Below are positions 18,009 through 29,101 of a stretch of DNA of 64,000 nt, one piece after another. The notes below the pieces were generated by a model. That model did no database searches. It worked only from the letters and a program-made list of their open reading frames with translations, and was not told the DNA's origin. Each line of letters starts with the position of its first letter. Within the stretch, counting starts at the first letter, position 1. Source of the DNA: Myxococcota bacterium (lineage in GTDB: Bacteria; Myxococcota_A; Bradymonadia; UBA4248); assembly GCA_045599245.1 (NCBI GenBank), contig JAZRVP010000042.1, positions 6,351-70,350 on the forward strand, given 5' to 3'. The translations under genes were made by a program, and so were the position numbers.

Positions 18009-21000
18009 ATGAACCGAAACTATTTTTACGCCCAAAGCGATGCCGATGCACTCAAGGATTATGAATATGCGTGTCATACACGGCTGACGGGGACATGGGA
18101 CTGGATTGTGCTCACGGCGGCCAATGAGCGTCAGGCTGCATCGTATCGGCTTCAGCTCGCCAAGAGGCGTCGCGAAAATCGGCTGCCGTTAGCAACGCAG
18201 TTCGAGGTCGTGGCGGATTTTGAGGACAAACGGATAGGTTCCGGCGGCGCGACACTGAATATTCTGCGCGTTTTGAGTGAAAAAATGCCGGTTTCACGGC
18301 TTTTGGAACAGAAGATACTCGTCATTCATTCGGGCGGCGACAGCAAACGCATTCCGCAGTATTCGGCTTGCGGGAAGCTGTTTGGACCGGTTCCTCGGGC
18401 CCTGCCCGGCGGCTATGTCTCGACGCTTTTTGATGAGATCCTCATCTGCGCACAGGGCATTCCGATGCGCACCGGTTACGGCATGATGATTTTTCCGAGC
18501 GACACAAAACTGCTCTTCAATGCGCTCCAGCTCGATTTGTTGTCGTGTGATGCAGCCGGGCTCTCAATGAAGGCGCCCGTTCAGGTCGGGCAGGATCACG
18601 GCGTTTTTGTCCAGGCGGAGGACTCGGAAGACCACCGAAATCATAACGTTTCACGCTTTCTTCACAAGCGATCCGAGGCTTTTTTGCGTGTTGCCGGTGC
18701 CGTCGACAATGCCAATCAGGTCAACATCGATACGGGCTGCATCTGGTTCGGAAAAAGTGTCATGGCACAGCTCCTGAAACTCATTTCGAGCAACGATATC
18801 ATTGATGAGGATAAATTCAGAACATTTGTAAATCCTCGTGTATGTCTCAATTTTTATGCGGATTTTGTGTATCCGCTTGCGCAGAATAGCACATGGGATG
18901 AATTTGCTGAGGAGGCACCTGAAAACGGCTTTTCGCCTGAACTTGAGGCCTGCCGACGGCAGATTTGGACGGCTCTTCACCCGTACCGCCTTTCGCTCGT
19001 CAAGCTTGTTCCCGCGCAGTACATTCATTTTGGCATGACGCATGAGATGTACGACTTTTTTGTTCGCGGGATGGATGACTATGCCTATCTCGGCTGGAAA
19101 AAGCGTCTCAATACAAATGCCGTGTCAGGCTGTGTTTTGAACAGTCTGACGGTCGGCACGGATGTTCCCGGGTCGGCCTATATCGAGGACTGCCGTCTGG
19201 AAGGCTGCCGATTGGGTGAAGGTGTGATGCTGTCAAATATCGATGTCTGTGATGCCACGATCCCGGCCGGGGTCGTGATGCATGGGCTGAAACTTAAGAA
19301 CGGCATGTATGTGTGCAGAGTTTACGGGCGCGAGGACAATCCGAAGAGTTCAAAAGATGCGCCTTTTTTGGGGAGCACGATATCGCGTCTGGTGCGCCAG
19401 ACGGGGATTTCAAATGAGGCGATATGGGGCAGTCAGCCGGCCTCGATATGGAACGCAAGACTGTATCCGATCTGCAGGAGCATGCAGGAAGCCGTCGAGG
19501 CGGGGATTGAACTGTGCGGCATTTTGCAGGGCAGAGCTTGCGAGGCACAGATAAAGCACTGGCTTGAGGCCGAAAAAACGAGTCTTTCGGAGAGTTTTCT
19601 TGCGGCCGATGTCGAAGCCATTCTGGCGCGTCAGGATGCCATTCGATGCGAGGTTCAGACGGCTCTTTTCGTCGATGATATTTATGCGGGAAAGAGCCAG
19701 AAGGAATGTCTTGATGCCCTGTGCCGGGCGTGTCACGACCGTGCCTGGTGCCTTGAAACGATGATCCAAAAGGCGTCTGCGGCTGAATTTCCGTATAATA
19801 TGCGGCTGTATCTGGCTGCCTCGGAACTTTGTCGTCGATATCCGGAAATTGGGGCGAGAGCCGAACAGTTCGAAGACGATGCTTATGGCTGCATCAAGGC
19901 GTGTATCATGCGGGAGACGTTTTCCCGATTTGGCATTCGATCGTTGCGCGATGTTCATATTGTTCGGGATGTGGTCGAGGTGGAACTTCCGGTACGCGTG
20001 AATTTCTGCGGGAGTCCGTCGGATGCGGCGCCGTACTGTCTGGAACATGGCGGGACGATGATCGACGGGACGCTTCTTCTCAAAGGAAAAAGGCCGATTC
20101 AAGTGAAGGTTCGTCGCATTCCGGAATATGTCATCGGCCTGGGAAGTCTGGATCAGGGTCAGACGCATCGTTTTGACAACATCGATGAGGTTCGTTCGTG
20201 TGGCAATCCGATGGATTCGTATGCGCTTCACAAGGCGTGTCTCGTAGCGTGCGGGCTGATTTCGATGGGGCCGGACGGAAGGCGTCTCGAGGACGTATGC
20301 CGTGCCATTGGCGGCGGTCTCGAGATTGTGACGAGTGTGGATGTCCCGAAGGGATCGGGGCTTGGGACGAGCAGCATTCTGGCTGCGGCTGTTCTCAAGG
20401 GAATCAATGAAATTCTGGGGATCGAACCGGACGAAGAAATGATTTATGCCCAGGCCTTTCTCGTCGAGCAGCTCATGAATACGGGCGGCGGCTGGCAGGA
20501 TCAGGTGGGCGGATTTACGCCCGGGATCAAGTATTTTACGGCAGACCCGGGGCCGTATCAGAAGATTAAGATTGAACGGCTTGCACTTCGTGAAGAGACC
20601 AGAACGGAGCTTAACCGACGTTTTGCACTCATCTTTTCGGGGCAGCGGCGACTGGCTCGCAATGTCCTTCGACAGGAAATGAATCAGTGCATCCGGAACG
20701 ACAGGGAGGCACTTGAGACGGTTCTGACGATACAGGAATACTGCGCTCTGATGCGGTTTTGTCTCCTTCGGGGGGATGTTACGTCGTTTGCGGGCTACAT
20801 CACGAAACAGTTTGAGCTCGTCAAGAAGCTCGACAAGGGCGCATCGAATACGTACATTGAATACATCTTCAAGACTTGTGAAGACCTGCTCTCGGGCTGG
20901 TCAATCTGCGGTGCGGGCGGCGGCGGCTTTTTGCAGGTTGTTCTCAAGGACGGGGTTGACAAATCGGATCTCATTAAACGCGTTGAAGAGACATTTGGCG

Positions 21001-21038
21001 ACTGCGGTGTCGAGGTCTGGGACTGCACATTCATTTAA
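18009..21038 (+). CDS. fkp: Bifunctional L-fucokinase/GDP-L-fucose pyrophosphorylase (Fkp family)
   Basis: N-terminal RIGSGGATL and IHSGGDSKRIPQYSACGKLF; C-terminal GHMP kinase motifs LPVRV, PKGSGLGTSS, EQLMNTGGGWQDQ, GAGGGGF. Confidence 0.88.
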   Translation: MNRNYFYAQSDADALKDYEYACHTRLTGTWDWIVLTAANERQAASYRLQLAKRRRENRLPLATQFEVVADFEDKRIGSGGATLNILRVLSEKMPVSRLLEQKILVIHSGGDSKRIPQYSACGKLFGPVPRALPGGYVSTLFDEILICAQGIPMRTGYGMMIFPSDTKLLFNALQLDLLSCDAAGLSMKAPVQVGQDHGVFVQAEDSEDHRNHNVSRFLHKRSEAFLRVAGAVDNANQVNIDTGCIWFGKSVMAQLLKLISSNDIIDEDKFRTFVNPRVCLNFYADFVYPLAQNSTWDEFAEEAPENGFSPELEACRRQIWTALHPYRLSLVKLVPAQYIHFGMTHEMYDFFVRGMDDYAYLGWKKRLNTNAVSGCVLNSLTVGTDVPGSAYIEDCRLEGCRLGEGVMLSNIDVCDATIPAGVVMHGLKLKNGMYVCRVYGREDNPKSSKDAPFLGSTISRLVRQTGISNEAIWGSQPASIWNARLYPICRSMQEAVEAGIELCGILQGRACEAQIKHWLEAEKTSLSESFLAADVEAILARQDAIRCEVQTALFVDDIYAGKSQKECLDALCRACHDRAWCLETMIQKASAAEFPYNMRLYLAASELCRRYPEIGARAEQFEDDAYGCIKACIMRETFSRFGIRSLRDVHIVRDVVEVELPVRVNFCGSPSDAAPYCLEHGGTMIDGTLLLKGKRPIQVKVRRIPEYVIGLGSLDQGQTHRFDNIDEVRSCGNPMDSYALHKACLVACGLISMGPDGRRLEDVCRAIGGGLEIVTSVDVPKGSGLGTSSILAAAVLKGINEILGIEPDEEMIYAQAFLVEQLMNTGGGWQDQVGGFTPGIKYFTADPGPYQKIKIERLALREETRTELNRRFALIFSGQRRLARNVLRQEMNQCIRNDREALETVLTIQEYCALMRFCLLRGDVTSFAGYITKQFELVKKLDKGASNTYIEYIFKTCEDLLSGWSICGAGGGGFLQVVLKDGVDKSDLIKRVEETFGDCGVEVWDCTFI

Positions 21039-21075
21039 TGCATTCGAGCGAAATAACGGATAAAGGCTTCAAGAT

Positions 21076-22044
21076 ATGACGAAACATTATGAGCTTGGAC
21101 GCGAGGTATTTGAGCAGGAAATTCAGACATTGGAGAGCATTTCCGGCGCACTTGACGAGACATTTGACCGAATGATTGAAGAAATCCTGGCCTGCCGTGG
21201 CAAAGTCATTTTGATTGGGATGGGCAAGAGCGGTCACATTGCGAGAAAAGTCGCGGCGACGATGGCTTCATTGGGAACGTGTGCGATATCGCTCAGTCCG
21301 GCGGAATGTATGCACGGCGATCTGGGGATGATTCAGCCTCAGGATGTCGTGATTTTGATATCGTATTCGGGAGAGAGTGACGAAATCATTAAAATTATTC
21401 CGGGGATCAATACGATAGGAGCAACGATACTGGCAATCACGGGCAATCGAGCTTCGAGTTTGGCGCGATGTGCGAAATGTGTGCAGTGTTTTGATGATGT
21501 GCATGAAGTTGGTCCGCTTGGACTGGCGCCGACGTCGAGTTCGACGGCAGTTCTGGTTTACGGCGATGCGCTGGCGATTGTTGCATCGCGCCTCAAGGGG
21601 TTTGCCCGAAAGGACTTCAGCATCTTTCATCCGGCAGGTTCGCTCGGAAAACGCCTCACGATGCGAACCGTCGATCTCATGCGGCCTCTGGCTTCCACTC
21701 ACATTCTTTCTGAAAGGGCCGGTTTGAGCGACGCACTCAAAGCCATGCTTGATGCCAATTCCGATCTTCTGCCCGTCGTCAATGAAGACGGATGTCTGGC
21801 CGGCATTATTACCAATGGCGATCTCTGTAAGCGCATTCAGGAGCCCGGCGTTGATTTGAGCCATGAAACAATGGGGCTGCTTATCCATCGTTATCCGCAC
21901 TTTATTGAAAATGATGCACTGGCCATGGAAGCACTGCGCATGATGGATGAAAATCATATTCATGCTGTTCCCGTTGTTAAAAATGATCAGCCCATCGGGA
22001 TTATACATCAGACGGATATCCTAAAATATGGAATCTTTTTATAA
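21076..22044 (+). CDS. KpsF/GutQ family arabinose-5-phosphate isomerase (SIS + 2 CBS)
   Basis: GMGKSGHIARK, HGDLG, SYSGES, LAPTSS, FHPAGSLG; C-terminal CBS pair. Confidence 0.92.
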   Translation: MTKHYELGREVFEQEIQTLESISGALDETFDRMIEEILACRGKVILIGMGKSGHIARKVAATMASLGTCAISLSPAECMHGDLGMIQPQDVVILISYSGESDEIIKIIPGINTIGATILAITGNRASSLARCAKCVQCFDDVHEVGPLGLAPTSSSTAVLVYGDALAIVASRLKGFARKDFSIFHPAGSLGKRLTMRTVDLMRPLASTHILSERAGLSDALKAMLDANSDLLPVVNEDGCLAGIITNGDLCKRIQEPGVDLSHETMGLLIHRYPHFIENDALAMEALRMMDENHIHAVPVVKNDQPIGIIHQTDILKYGIFL

Positions 22045-22152
22045 ACCATCGGCAGATTGGAGCAGATATCATATCATGGGAGCATAAAATAAGGATTTTT
22101 GTGAATAATTGCGCATCGTGATGCGAGGCGTTTTGAAGGGTGAAATATATAA

Positions 22153-22971
22153 ATGAAGTCATCAAAATATCGTTTATTGGCTTTGGATCTGGACGGAACA
22201 TTGACGGACAGCCAGAAAAAAGTTTCGTTAAAAAATCGGGAATATATACGGCTTGCCCAGGAAAGAGGTGTCGATATCATATTGGCCTCCGGTCGGCCGG
22301 TGATTGGTATTGAAAGTGTTGCCAATGCCCTGAACTTGTATGAAACGGGCGGCTATATTCTGGCATATAACGGCGGACAGATTATCGACTGCAAGGCAAA
22401 AAAGGCGTTGATAGAACATTTTGTTCCGGCAGAGTATTATCATGAAATATGCGGGATTATTCATAAATTTCACGTGTTTCCACTGACATATAATGCGACG
22501 GGAGTAATATGTGAAAATAATGAAGATAAATATGTACAGAAAGAAAGTTATAACAATTCCGTTCCATTATATAAAGTTGAAAGTCTGGAAGCGGAGCTGA
22601 AAAAACCTGTTGTAAAGTTCATGGTTGTGGGTGAACCGGAGGAACTGAGCAGGGCAGCGGCATATTTGAAAGGATGTTTTAACGGAACACTCAATGTATT
22701 CTTTTCGGAGCCGTATTTTTTGGAAATCACGCCGCTGGGAATTGAAAAGAAATCGGGTTTGGCCAATTTATTGAAGCTTTTGAATGTGCCGCGAGAAGCA
22801 CTGATGGCGTGCGGCGACGGGCTCAATGACATTCCGATGCTCGAATACGCAGGGCTTTCGATTGCGATGGCCAATGCTTACGACGAGACAAAGAAATATG
22901 CCGACTTTGTCAGCACATCGAATGAAGAAGACGGCGTTGCTGCGGCGATTGAAAAGTTTATTTTGACGTGA
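22153..22971 (+). CDS. Cof-type HAD-IIB phosphatase
   Basis: DLDGTL, ASGR, K, GDGLND and AMANA motifs. Confidence 0.92.
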   Translation: MKSSKYRLLALDLDGTLTDSQKKVSLKNREYIRLAQERGVDIILASGRPVIGIESVANALNLYETGGYILAYNGGQIIDCKAKKALIEHFVPAEYYHEICGIIHKFHVFPLTYNATGVICENNEDKYVQKESYNNSVPLYKVESLEAELKKPVVKFMVVGEPEELSRAAAYLKGCFNGTLNVFFSEPYFLEITPLGIEKKSGLANLLKLLNVPREALMACGDGLNDIPMLEYAGLSIAMANAYDETKKYADFVSTSNEEDGVAAAIEKFILT

Positions 22972-22975
22972 TGAG

Positions 22976-23047
22976 GCGTGTCTATGCGCCTTTGGACGCA
23001 TACGACACGCATTCGCCGGCCTATCGGTAATGCCGATACGTCCGGCG
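22976..23047. repeat. Two bulged-hairpin repeats
   Basis: GCGTGTC-TATGCG..CGCATA-C-GACACGC and CGCCGG.C-TATCGG..CCGATA-C-G.CCGGCG. Confidence 0.8.
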
Positions 23048-23099
23048 TGTTTCGGATTTTTTTGTCCGTTTCCAGAAAGCTCCCATTGCCGCAGAGAAA

Positions 23100-23619
23100 G
23101 TCTGGATTCACAGCCTGCCTATTCTTTGATTTGACTGCATAAAGCCTATTTTGTTAAATAAAATCAACGGGTTACATTTTGAGGTTACATTTCGTTGTGA
23201 ACATCAGGGCCCTCCATACCCGCCACCGCCGCCAGCCCGTTTTCCGGCGCGCTTTGCGCACAAAATACACTCCTCCGGTGGCGGCCTTCTCATTCATGAA
23301 AAAGTCACCTGACCGAAAACGCGTACTCTCAATGCGTCTGGTGCCGTAAACGGGCCATACTCAATGTGCTTCGTCAAGACATTCAAGTTGGTTTCGTTAC
23401 GTTATGGGGTCGGTTCCTACATCCGCATTCATTTGCTGTTTTATGGATTCATTTGAGAGAATGAAACCATCACATCAAACGGCTGAGAACTCGGTCACCT
23501 GCAATCACCTGTACTCTGATCGGCAACATCCCTCCGGCAATGCAGAGCCCGATTGCCCTGCAATATATATGATGCCATCGAGATTCATTTGTTACAGATC
23601 GCATGTCGATTTTTGTTAG
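23100..23619 (-). ncRNA. Multicopy structured non-coding element, copy 2
   Basis: Reverse complement aligns end to end with 2392-2899 (high identity by eye); substitutions mostly keep pairing. Confidence 0.7.
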
Positions 23620-24002
23620 GGACCTCTGAATAAAGATATTTACCTGTTTTTTTCTGGGGCTTTGCCCCTGTCCTCAGTTCGCAATATGAAATGCACTTCG
23701 TTTCCCGAGCCTGTCGGCTTTCCAACTTGTTCATTTCATTTGCTCACTGGGCTCTGTGGTTTTCGCCATTCACAGGATGGCGAAAATCCTCGGCCTCCCA
23801 CCAAAGGGATGAGCCCTTTGGAATCCTCAATATTTTTAGGTGGTATAAGCTTTTTGAGCTGCCTAACCATGATTCCTCGCTGGGACCCAACCCCCAGCTC
23901 CCTTCAATTTCTGCCGAATAATTGTGTATTATTCGGACCTTCTTTAAGAAACCGCAATATTTTAAATCGGTGAGCCTGATAATTGTGTTTTGTTCAGAGG
24001 GG
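23620..24002. mobile_element. IS5-like MITE copy
   Basis: TTAG|GGACCTCTGAATAA ... TGTTCAGAGG; contains modules found in both the 2202 and 2907 copies. Confidence 0.65.
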
Positions 24003-24168
24003 TGTTTGAGTGAGGTGTCGCATTATTTTGTCTTGTGACGCGAAATGGGGGAGATATCGACAGGGGGTCGATTGCAAAAAGAAAACGTCTCAGAGGCCTT
24101 TTTATGCCCCAAAAAATGGATTTGTGATATAAAACTGCGTCTTTTTTCGGCTAAAGGAGGCCCAAGCT

Positions 24169-26757
24169 ATGTCTGATGAACAGAAACCGGTCAGCGGTGA
24201 ACATATTAATGTAGAACAGGTCAATATCGACGAGGAATTGAAGACGAGTTATCTCGACTATTCGATGAGCGTTATTGTTGGACGAGCGCTTCCGGATGTT
24301 CGCGATGGTCTAAAGCCTGTGCATCGACGCATTCTGTATGCGATGACGAAGATTGGCTGTGACAAGACGACGAAGAAATCGGCTCGTATTGTCGGTGACG
24401 TCATCGGTAAATACCATCCGCATGGCGACAGTGCGGCTTACGATGCCCTGGTGCGATTGGCGCAGCCCTTCAATATGCGTTATATATTGGTTGAAGGGCA
24501 GGGCAATTTTGGTTCCATTGATGGTGACCCGGCTGCTGCACAACGTTATACAGAGGCCAAACTGGCGAAAATCAGCGAATCGGTTCTGTGCGATCTCGAC
24601 AAAGAGACGGTGGATTTTATTCCGAATTTTGACGGTGCGGAGACGGAGCCTGTTGTATTGGCGACGAAGATTCCGCTTCTTCTGGTCAATGGATCGAGTG
24701 GTATCGCGGTTGGTATGGCGACGAGTATTCCGCCGCACAATCTCGGTGAAATATGCGATGGCCTGATTTATTTGATGGAGAATCCGGACTGCACGACGCG
24801 GGACATGATGCAGATCATCAAGGGGCCGGATTTCCCGACTCGTGGTACGATTCATGGGCGTCGCGGTATTTATGAAGCGTACGAGACGGGACGCGGCAAG
24901 GTTCAGGTTCGGGCAACGGTCGTCGAAGAGAAGGTTCATGGCCATGATGCCTTGGTTGTGACGGAGATTCCGTATGCGGTGAACAAGGCGCAGATGGTTG
25001 AGAAGATCGGCCAGCTCGTAAAAGAAAAGAAGATCGATGGAATCGCGGCACTTCGTGATGAATCGGGCCGAAGCGGGATGCGGGTTGTCATTGAAATCAA
25101 GAAGGATGTGCCGCCGCAGGTCGTACTCAATCAGCTCTACAAGCAGTCGCAGCTTCAGACGACGTTTGGCATTATTATGCTGGCGGTTGTGAACAACCGT
25201 CCGGAGATTTTGAGTCTCAAGCAGGTGATGGCGTATTTCATCGAGTTCCGTCGTGACGTCGTCGTTCGCCGACTCATCTTTTTGCTTCGCAAGGCCAAAG
25301 AGAGAGCGCACATTTTGGAAGGTTTCAGGAAGGCGCTGGATCACATTGATGAAGTGATTTCGATCATTCGCGGGAGCGACGATTCGAATCAGGCGCGGGA
25401 TCGATTGATTGAGAGGTTTGAGTTTACGGAAGCACAGACCAAGGCGATCCTTGAACTTCGCCTCCAGAGGCTGACAGGCATGGAACGAAGCAAGATATTG
25501 GAGGAGTTGGCGGCCATCATTCAGAGCATTGCGGAATATGAGGCTACGCTCAATTCGAAGGCTTTGCTGGATGAAATCATCAAGAATGAGTTCAGGGAAG
25601 CAAAAGCGAGTTATGGCGACGCGAGACTGACGCAGATCGTGGATAATGAGGTGGACATCGAGGATGAGGATTTGATTGCGGAAGAGTACTGCATGGTGAC
25701 TCGCACGCAGCAGAACTACATCAAGCGGATGCCTCTGAGTGAGTATCAGGCGCAGAAGCGAGGCGGCCGAGGCAAGAACGGGATGGGAACGAAGGACGAC
25801 GATTACGTCAGAGATGTATTTGTTGCCTCGACGCATCAGATTATTCAGGTCTTTACGACGCTTGGCCGTGCATTTTCGATCAAGGTGTATGAGATACCGA
25901 GCGGGAGCCGAACTGCGAAAGGCCGTGCGATTATCAACTTGCTGCCGAAACTGGAGCCCAATGAGGATGTTGCGGCGATTTTGCCGCTCGAGAGAAGCGA
26001 GTTTACTGGATATATTTTGATGGTAACGGCGAATGGCGTGATAAAGAAGACGCCGATCGAAGCGTTCAAAAATTGCCGCAAGAATGGGCTGAAAGCGATA
26101 ACGTTCCGCGAGGGCGATCGGTTGATCAGTGCGAAGGTTGTCCATGACAGCGAAAGCATTTTGCTGGTGACGCGCAAGGGACAGGCGGTTCATTTTGATT
26201 CGAAGAACATTCGTCCGATGGGTAGAACGGCAGCCGGTGTTCGAGGCATTCGACTGAGAGCCGAAGATGAAGTCGTATCTATGGAAGTCATTCAGGATGC
26301 GGCGGACAGCATGCTTTTGACGGTTACGGAGCGTGGATTTGGCAAGCGCACGATCATGAGCGAGTATCGCATGAAAGGCAGAGGCGGCCTGGGGATGAGA
26401 GCCATTGGAATCCGGGAAAAGACAGGTGATGTCGTCGGGGCGTTGATTGTTCAGGACGAAGATCATTTGCTTCTGGCAACGGATGGCGGAACTATCATCC
26501 GCACGCGTGTGAGTGAAATTCGATCGACTGGCCGTGTTGCATCAGGCGTGAAACTGATGAATATTGCGGAAAATGAGAAAGTCGTAGCCGTCGCAGCATT
26601 TTCGGATGAGTCGGATGATGAAGTCGAACTGTCGTCTCTGCCGGTGGATGACAGTGCGGATGATGATGTAGAGCTTGAAGACGAAGTCGAAGAGCTCGAA
26701 GAAGAAGAGATTGTCGAAGACGACGAGCCGGGCGATGGTCCGGAGGATGAGCTGTAA
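24169..26757 (+). CDS. gyrA: DNA gyrase subunit A
   Basis: [22 protein letters not shown], active-site AAQRYTE, GyrA-box QKRGGRG, acidic tail; RBS AAGGAGG. Confidence 0.98.
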   Translation: MSDEQKPVSGEHINVEQVNIDEELKTSYLDYSMSVIVGRALPDVRDGLKPVHRRILYAMTKIGCDKTTKKSARIVGDVIGKYHPHGDSAAYDALVRLAQPFNMRYILVEGQGNFGSIDGDPAAAQRYTEAKLAKISESVLCDLDKETVDFIPNFDGAETEPVVLATKIPLLLVNGSSGIAVGMATSIPPHNLGEICDGLIYLMENPDCTTRDMMQIIKGPDFPTRGTIHGRRGIYEAYETGRGKVQVRATVVEEKVHGHDALVVTEIPYAVNKAQMVEKIGQLVKEKKIDGIAALRDESGRSGMRVVIEIKKDVPPQVVLNQLYKQSQLQTTFGIIMLAVVNNRPEILSLKQVMAYFIEFRRDVVVRRLIFLLRKAKERAHILEGFRKALDHIDEVISIIRGSDDSNQARDRLIERFEFTEAQTKAILELRLQRLTGMERSKILEELAAIIQSIAEYEATLNSKALLDEIIKNEFREAKASYGDARLTQIVDNEVDIEDEDLIAEEYCMVTRTQQNYIKRMPLSEYQAQKRGGRGKNGMGTKDDDYVRDVFVASTHQIIQVFTTLGRAFSIKVYEIPSGSRTAKGRAIINLLPKLEPNEDVAAILPLERSEFTGYILMVTANGVIKKTPIEAFKNCRKNGLKAITFREGDRLISAKVVHDSESILLVTRKGQAVHFDSKNIRPMGRTAAGVRGIRLRAEDEVVSMEVIQDAADSMLLTVTERGFGKRTIMSEYRMKGRGGLGMRAIGIREKTGDVVGALIVQDEDHLLLATDGGTIIRTRVSEIRSTGRVASGVKLMNIAENEKVVAVAAFSDESDDEVELSSLPVDDSADDDVELEDEVEELEEEEIVEDDEPGDGPEDEL

Positions 26758-26768
26758 GAGTAAGAAAG

Positions 26769-28106
26769 ATGAACTGTCACGGCCGAAATATATGGATTGG
26801 GCTTGTGCTGCTGTCTGTTCCGGGAATGGGATGCGGCGACGTGGAGCTCTCGATGGAGCGTCCTTTGAAGGAGGCTTTGATGGGAGTGTCTGTGCCGGTT
26901 GGGGAAGTGGAGGAGACAGCGGGGGGAGCGGTGCCTGAAAACGTTCCGGACAAGTGTGAGGTTCGATCGGCCGGCCGGATGGAGATTGCGGATCCAACGC
27001 GGATGACGTCGTATGAGCTCTCGATGCTTGGTGTCGTTCGTATTGCGGCGACGGCGGCGGACATGATGGCGTGTATTGAACGTGCGATCGACGACGGCGC
27101 TGAGCTTCTTCGGCGTGAAGAAGGTGAAGTTTTGGTGTTTTATCCGACGCGTTTTGAACTGTATCTTGATGCAGCGCGAGAACGCATCGATATCGATGCC
27201 GTTGAGGGGCGTTGGAGCGAAGGACTGCATCGCGTGCTTCCCGGTGTGACGGGCCGCAAGCTGAATCTGAAGAGGACCGAGGAGGCGTTTCGCCGTGCGG
27301 TTCTTGAAGGAACTGCGAGGATGGCTCTGGAAATAGAGGAATATCCGGCTCTATCAAGCGACCTGAGTTCGTTTTCCGACTTTCGGCCGACGGAATTGAT
27401 CGGCGAGTATCGGACGGTGTTTTCGAATGCGAAGAATCGGACGATCAATGTCAAGCTGGCGGCCTCGAAGATGGACGGGTTGTTTTTGATGCCGGGAGCG
27501 GAGTTTTCGTACAACGCCTGGGTGGGTGAAAGAAGTCTTGAACGAGGATTTAAAGAGGCGCCGGTCATTGAGCAGGGGCAGACTGTAGAGGGGCTTGGCG
27601 GAGGGGCCTGTCAGGTTTCGTCGACGATACATGCAGCGGCGCTTCTGGCCGGACTCGGCATTGAGGAACGGTACAATCATTCGCTGCCATCGAGCTATAT
27701 ACCGGTTGGAATGGATGCCGTTGTGAGTTATCCGATGCTCGATCTGAGAGTTAAAAATACACTTTCGAGACCGGTAGTTCTTCGTGTCAAGGCGGTAGAA
27801 ACGACGCTGATTGCGCAATTTTTTTCGGATGAGCGTCCGGAGCACGAAGTGATGTTTCGCCGCGAGGTTGTGGAGGAGGTGCCGTATAAAGAAGTGATTA
27901 CGGTGAATCCGACCCTGGAGTCCGGGACGATAAAAATCCGGAAGAAGGGGAAAGTCGGTTACAGAGTGCAGCGCGGGCGGATATTTATCGAGAATGGAAA
28001 GGAGCGTTTTGAGAAGCTGCTTCAGGATACGTATCAGTCTCAGACGCAGCAGACCGAGATTGCGTGGGATGTCGTTTATCCGCCGCCGGAAGAAGAAGAG
28101 GATTAG
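26769..28106 (+). CDS. VanW family (lipo)protein with G5-like C-terminal domain
   Basis: NRTINVKLAA, FSYN..VG.R..ERGF, GLGGGACQVSST, HS..SSY.P.G.DA. Confidence 0.85.
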   Translation: MNCHGRNIWIGLVLLSVPGMGCGDVELSMERPLKEALMGVSVPVGEVEETAGGAVPENVPDKCEVRSAGRMEIADPTRMTSYELSMLGVVRIAATAADMMACIERAIDDGAELLRREEGEVLVFYPTRFELYLDAARERIDIDAVEGRWSEGLHRVLPGVTGRKLNLKRTEEAFRRAVLEGTARMALEIEEYPALSSDLSSFSDFRPTELIGEYRTVFSNAKNRTINVKLAASKMDGLFLMPGAEFSYNAWVGERSLERGFKEAPVIEQGQTVEGLGGGACQVSSTIHAAALLAGLGIEERYNHSLPSSYIPVGMDAVVSYPMLDLRVKNTLSRPVVLRVKAVETTLIAQFFSDERPEHEVMFRREVVEEVPYKEVITVNPTLESGTIKIRKKGKVGYRVQRGRIFIENGKERFEKLLQDTYQSQTQQTEIAWDVVYPPPEEEED

Positions 28107-28138
28107 TTTTTAGTGGTTAGTTTTTGGTGGTTAGTTGA
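28103..28138. repeat. Short tandem 7-mer repeat (TTAGTGG/TTAGTTT)
   Basis: About 5 degenerate units; the reverse-complement array is at 62476-62510. Confidence 0.6.
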
Positions 28139-28159
28139 GGGATTGGGGGTTGGTTTGGA

Positions 28160-28230
28160 GCGTGCTATTTGCCGATGGCAAATACGCGCGCGGTGGGGCC
28201 GTTCTATCGGCTGAGCCGATACGAACGGCC
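28160..28230. repeat. Two bulged-hairpin repeats
   Basis: GCGTGC-TATTTGCC-GAT-GGCAAATA-C-GCGCGC and GGCCGTTC-TATCGGC-TGA-GCCGATA-C-GAACGGCC. Confidence 0.85.
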
Positions 28231-28308
28231 GGATTTTTGTTGGATTAGAGGCTGTTTGGCAGAACGATAGAGCCGTTTACGGAACGGCAGAGCGAGGAGA
28301 GACTTGAG

Positions 28309-28980
28309 ATGATAGAGATGCCGTCGCATAAAGAAGTATTGATAGCGCCGAGTTTGTTGTCGGCTGATTTTACGTGTCTTGGACAAGAGGTCAGACGGCT
28401 AGAAGAAGGTGGTGCGGACTGGCTTCATTTTGACGTGATGGATGGTCGATTTGTACCAAACATTTCGGTTGGGATACCGGTTCTGAAGAGTCTGAGAAAG
28501 GTGACGGAGCTGCCGATTGATGTTCATTTAATGATCGTGGAGCCGGACAGTCTGCTGGGGGCATTTGCGAAAGCGGGGGCGGACACGTTGACGGTTCAGG
28601 CGGAAGCGTGCAGGCATCTTCACCGGACGCTTCAGACGATTCATTCATTAGGTTGCAGGGCAGGGGTTGCGTTGAACCCGCACACGTCGATTGAGTGTCT
28701 GGACTATGTGATGGAGCTGGTCGATTTTGTGTTGGTGATGACTGTGAATCCGGGATTTGGAGGGCAGTCGTATATTGATTCGTGTACGAAGAAGATATCG
28801 GCGATCAGGGAGAAGTATCCGAGAGTGAATATCGAAGTGGATGGCGGCATCAAGCAAGATACGATAAGAAAAGCGTATGATGCGGGAGCGAATATATTTG
28901 TATCGGGATCGGGCGTTTTTTCGCAGCAGGACTATGGCAAGGCGATGCGCGAGATGCGAGAAGTTTTAGAGTGCAATTAG
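28309..28980 (+). CDS. rpe: Ribulose-phosphate 3-epimerase
   Basis: IAPSLLSADF, HFDVMDGRFVPN, DVHLM, MTVNPGFGGQ, IEVDGG. Confidence 0.97.
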   Translation: MIEMPSHKEVLIAPSLLSADFTCLGQEVRRLEEGGADWLHFDVMDGRFVPNISVGIPVLKSLRKVTELPIDVHLMIVEPDSLLGAFAKAGADTLTVQAEACRHLHRTLQTIHSLGCRAGVALNPHTSIECLDYVMELVDFVLVMTVNPGFGGQSYIDSCTKKISAIREKYPRVNIEVDGGIKQDTIRKAYDAGANIFVSGSGVFSQQDYGKAMREMREVLECN

Positions 28981-29101
28981 TCTTTTCTTGACGAAAAGTT
29001 CCAGCCTATATAATAAAGAGCGCCGATTTTTTTACGCAAAAAAATGGGCATAATCATCATATAGAGACGGTGATAGGAAACTTTTCTAAAGGGCTGTTAT
29101 C

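Noticed and set aside
24310-26466. 718-aa antisense ORF
   Set aside because: Shadow of gyrA on the opposite strand, with no domain motifs.
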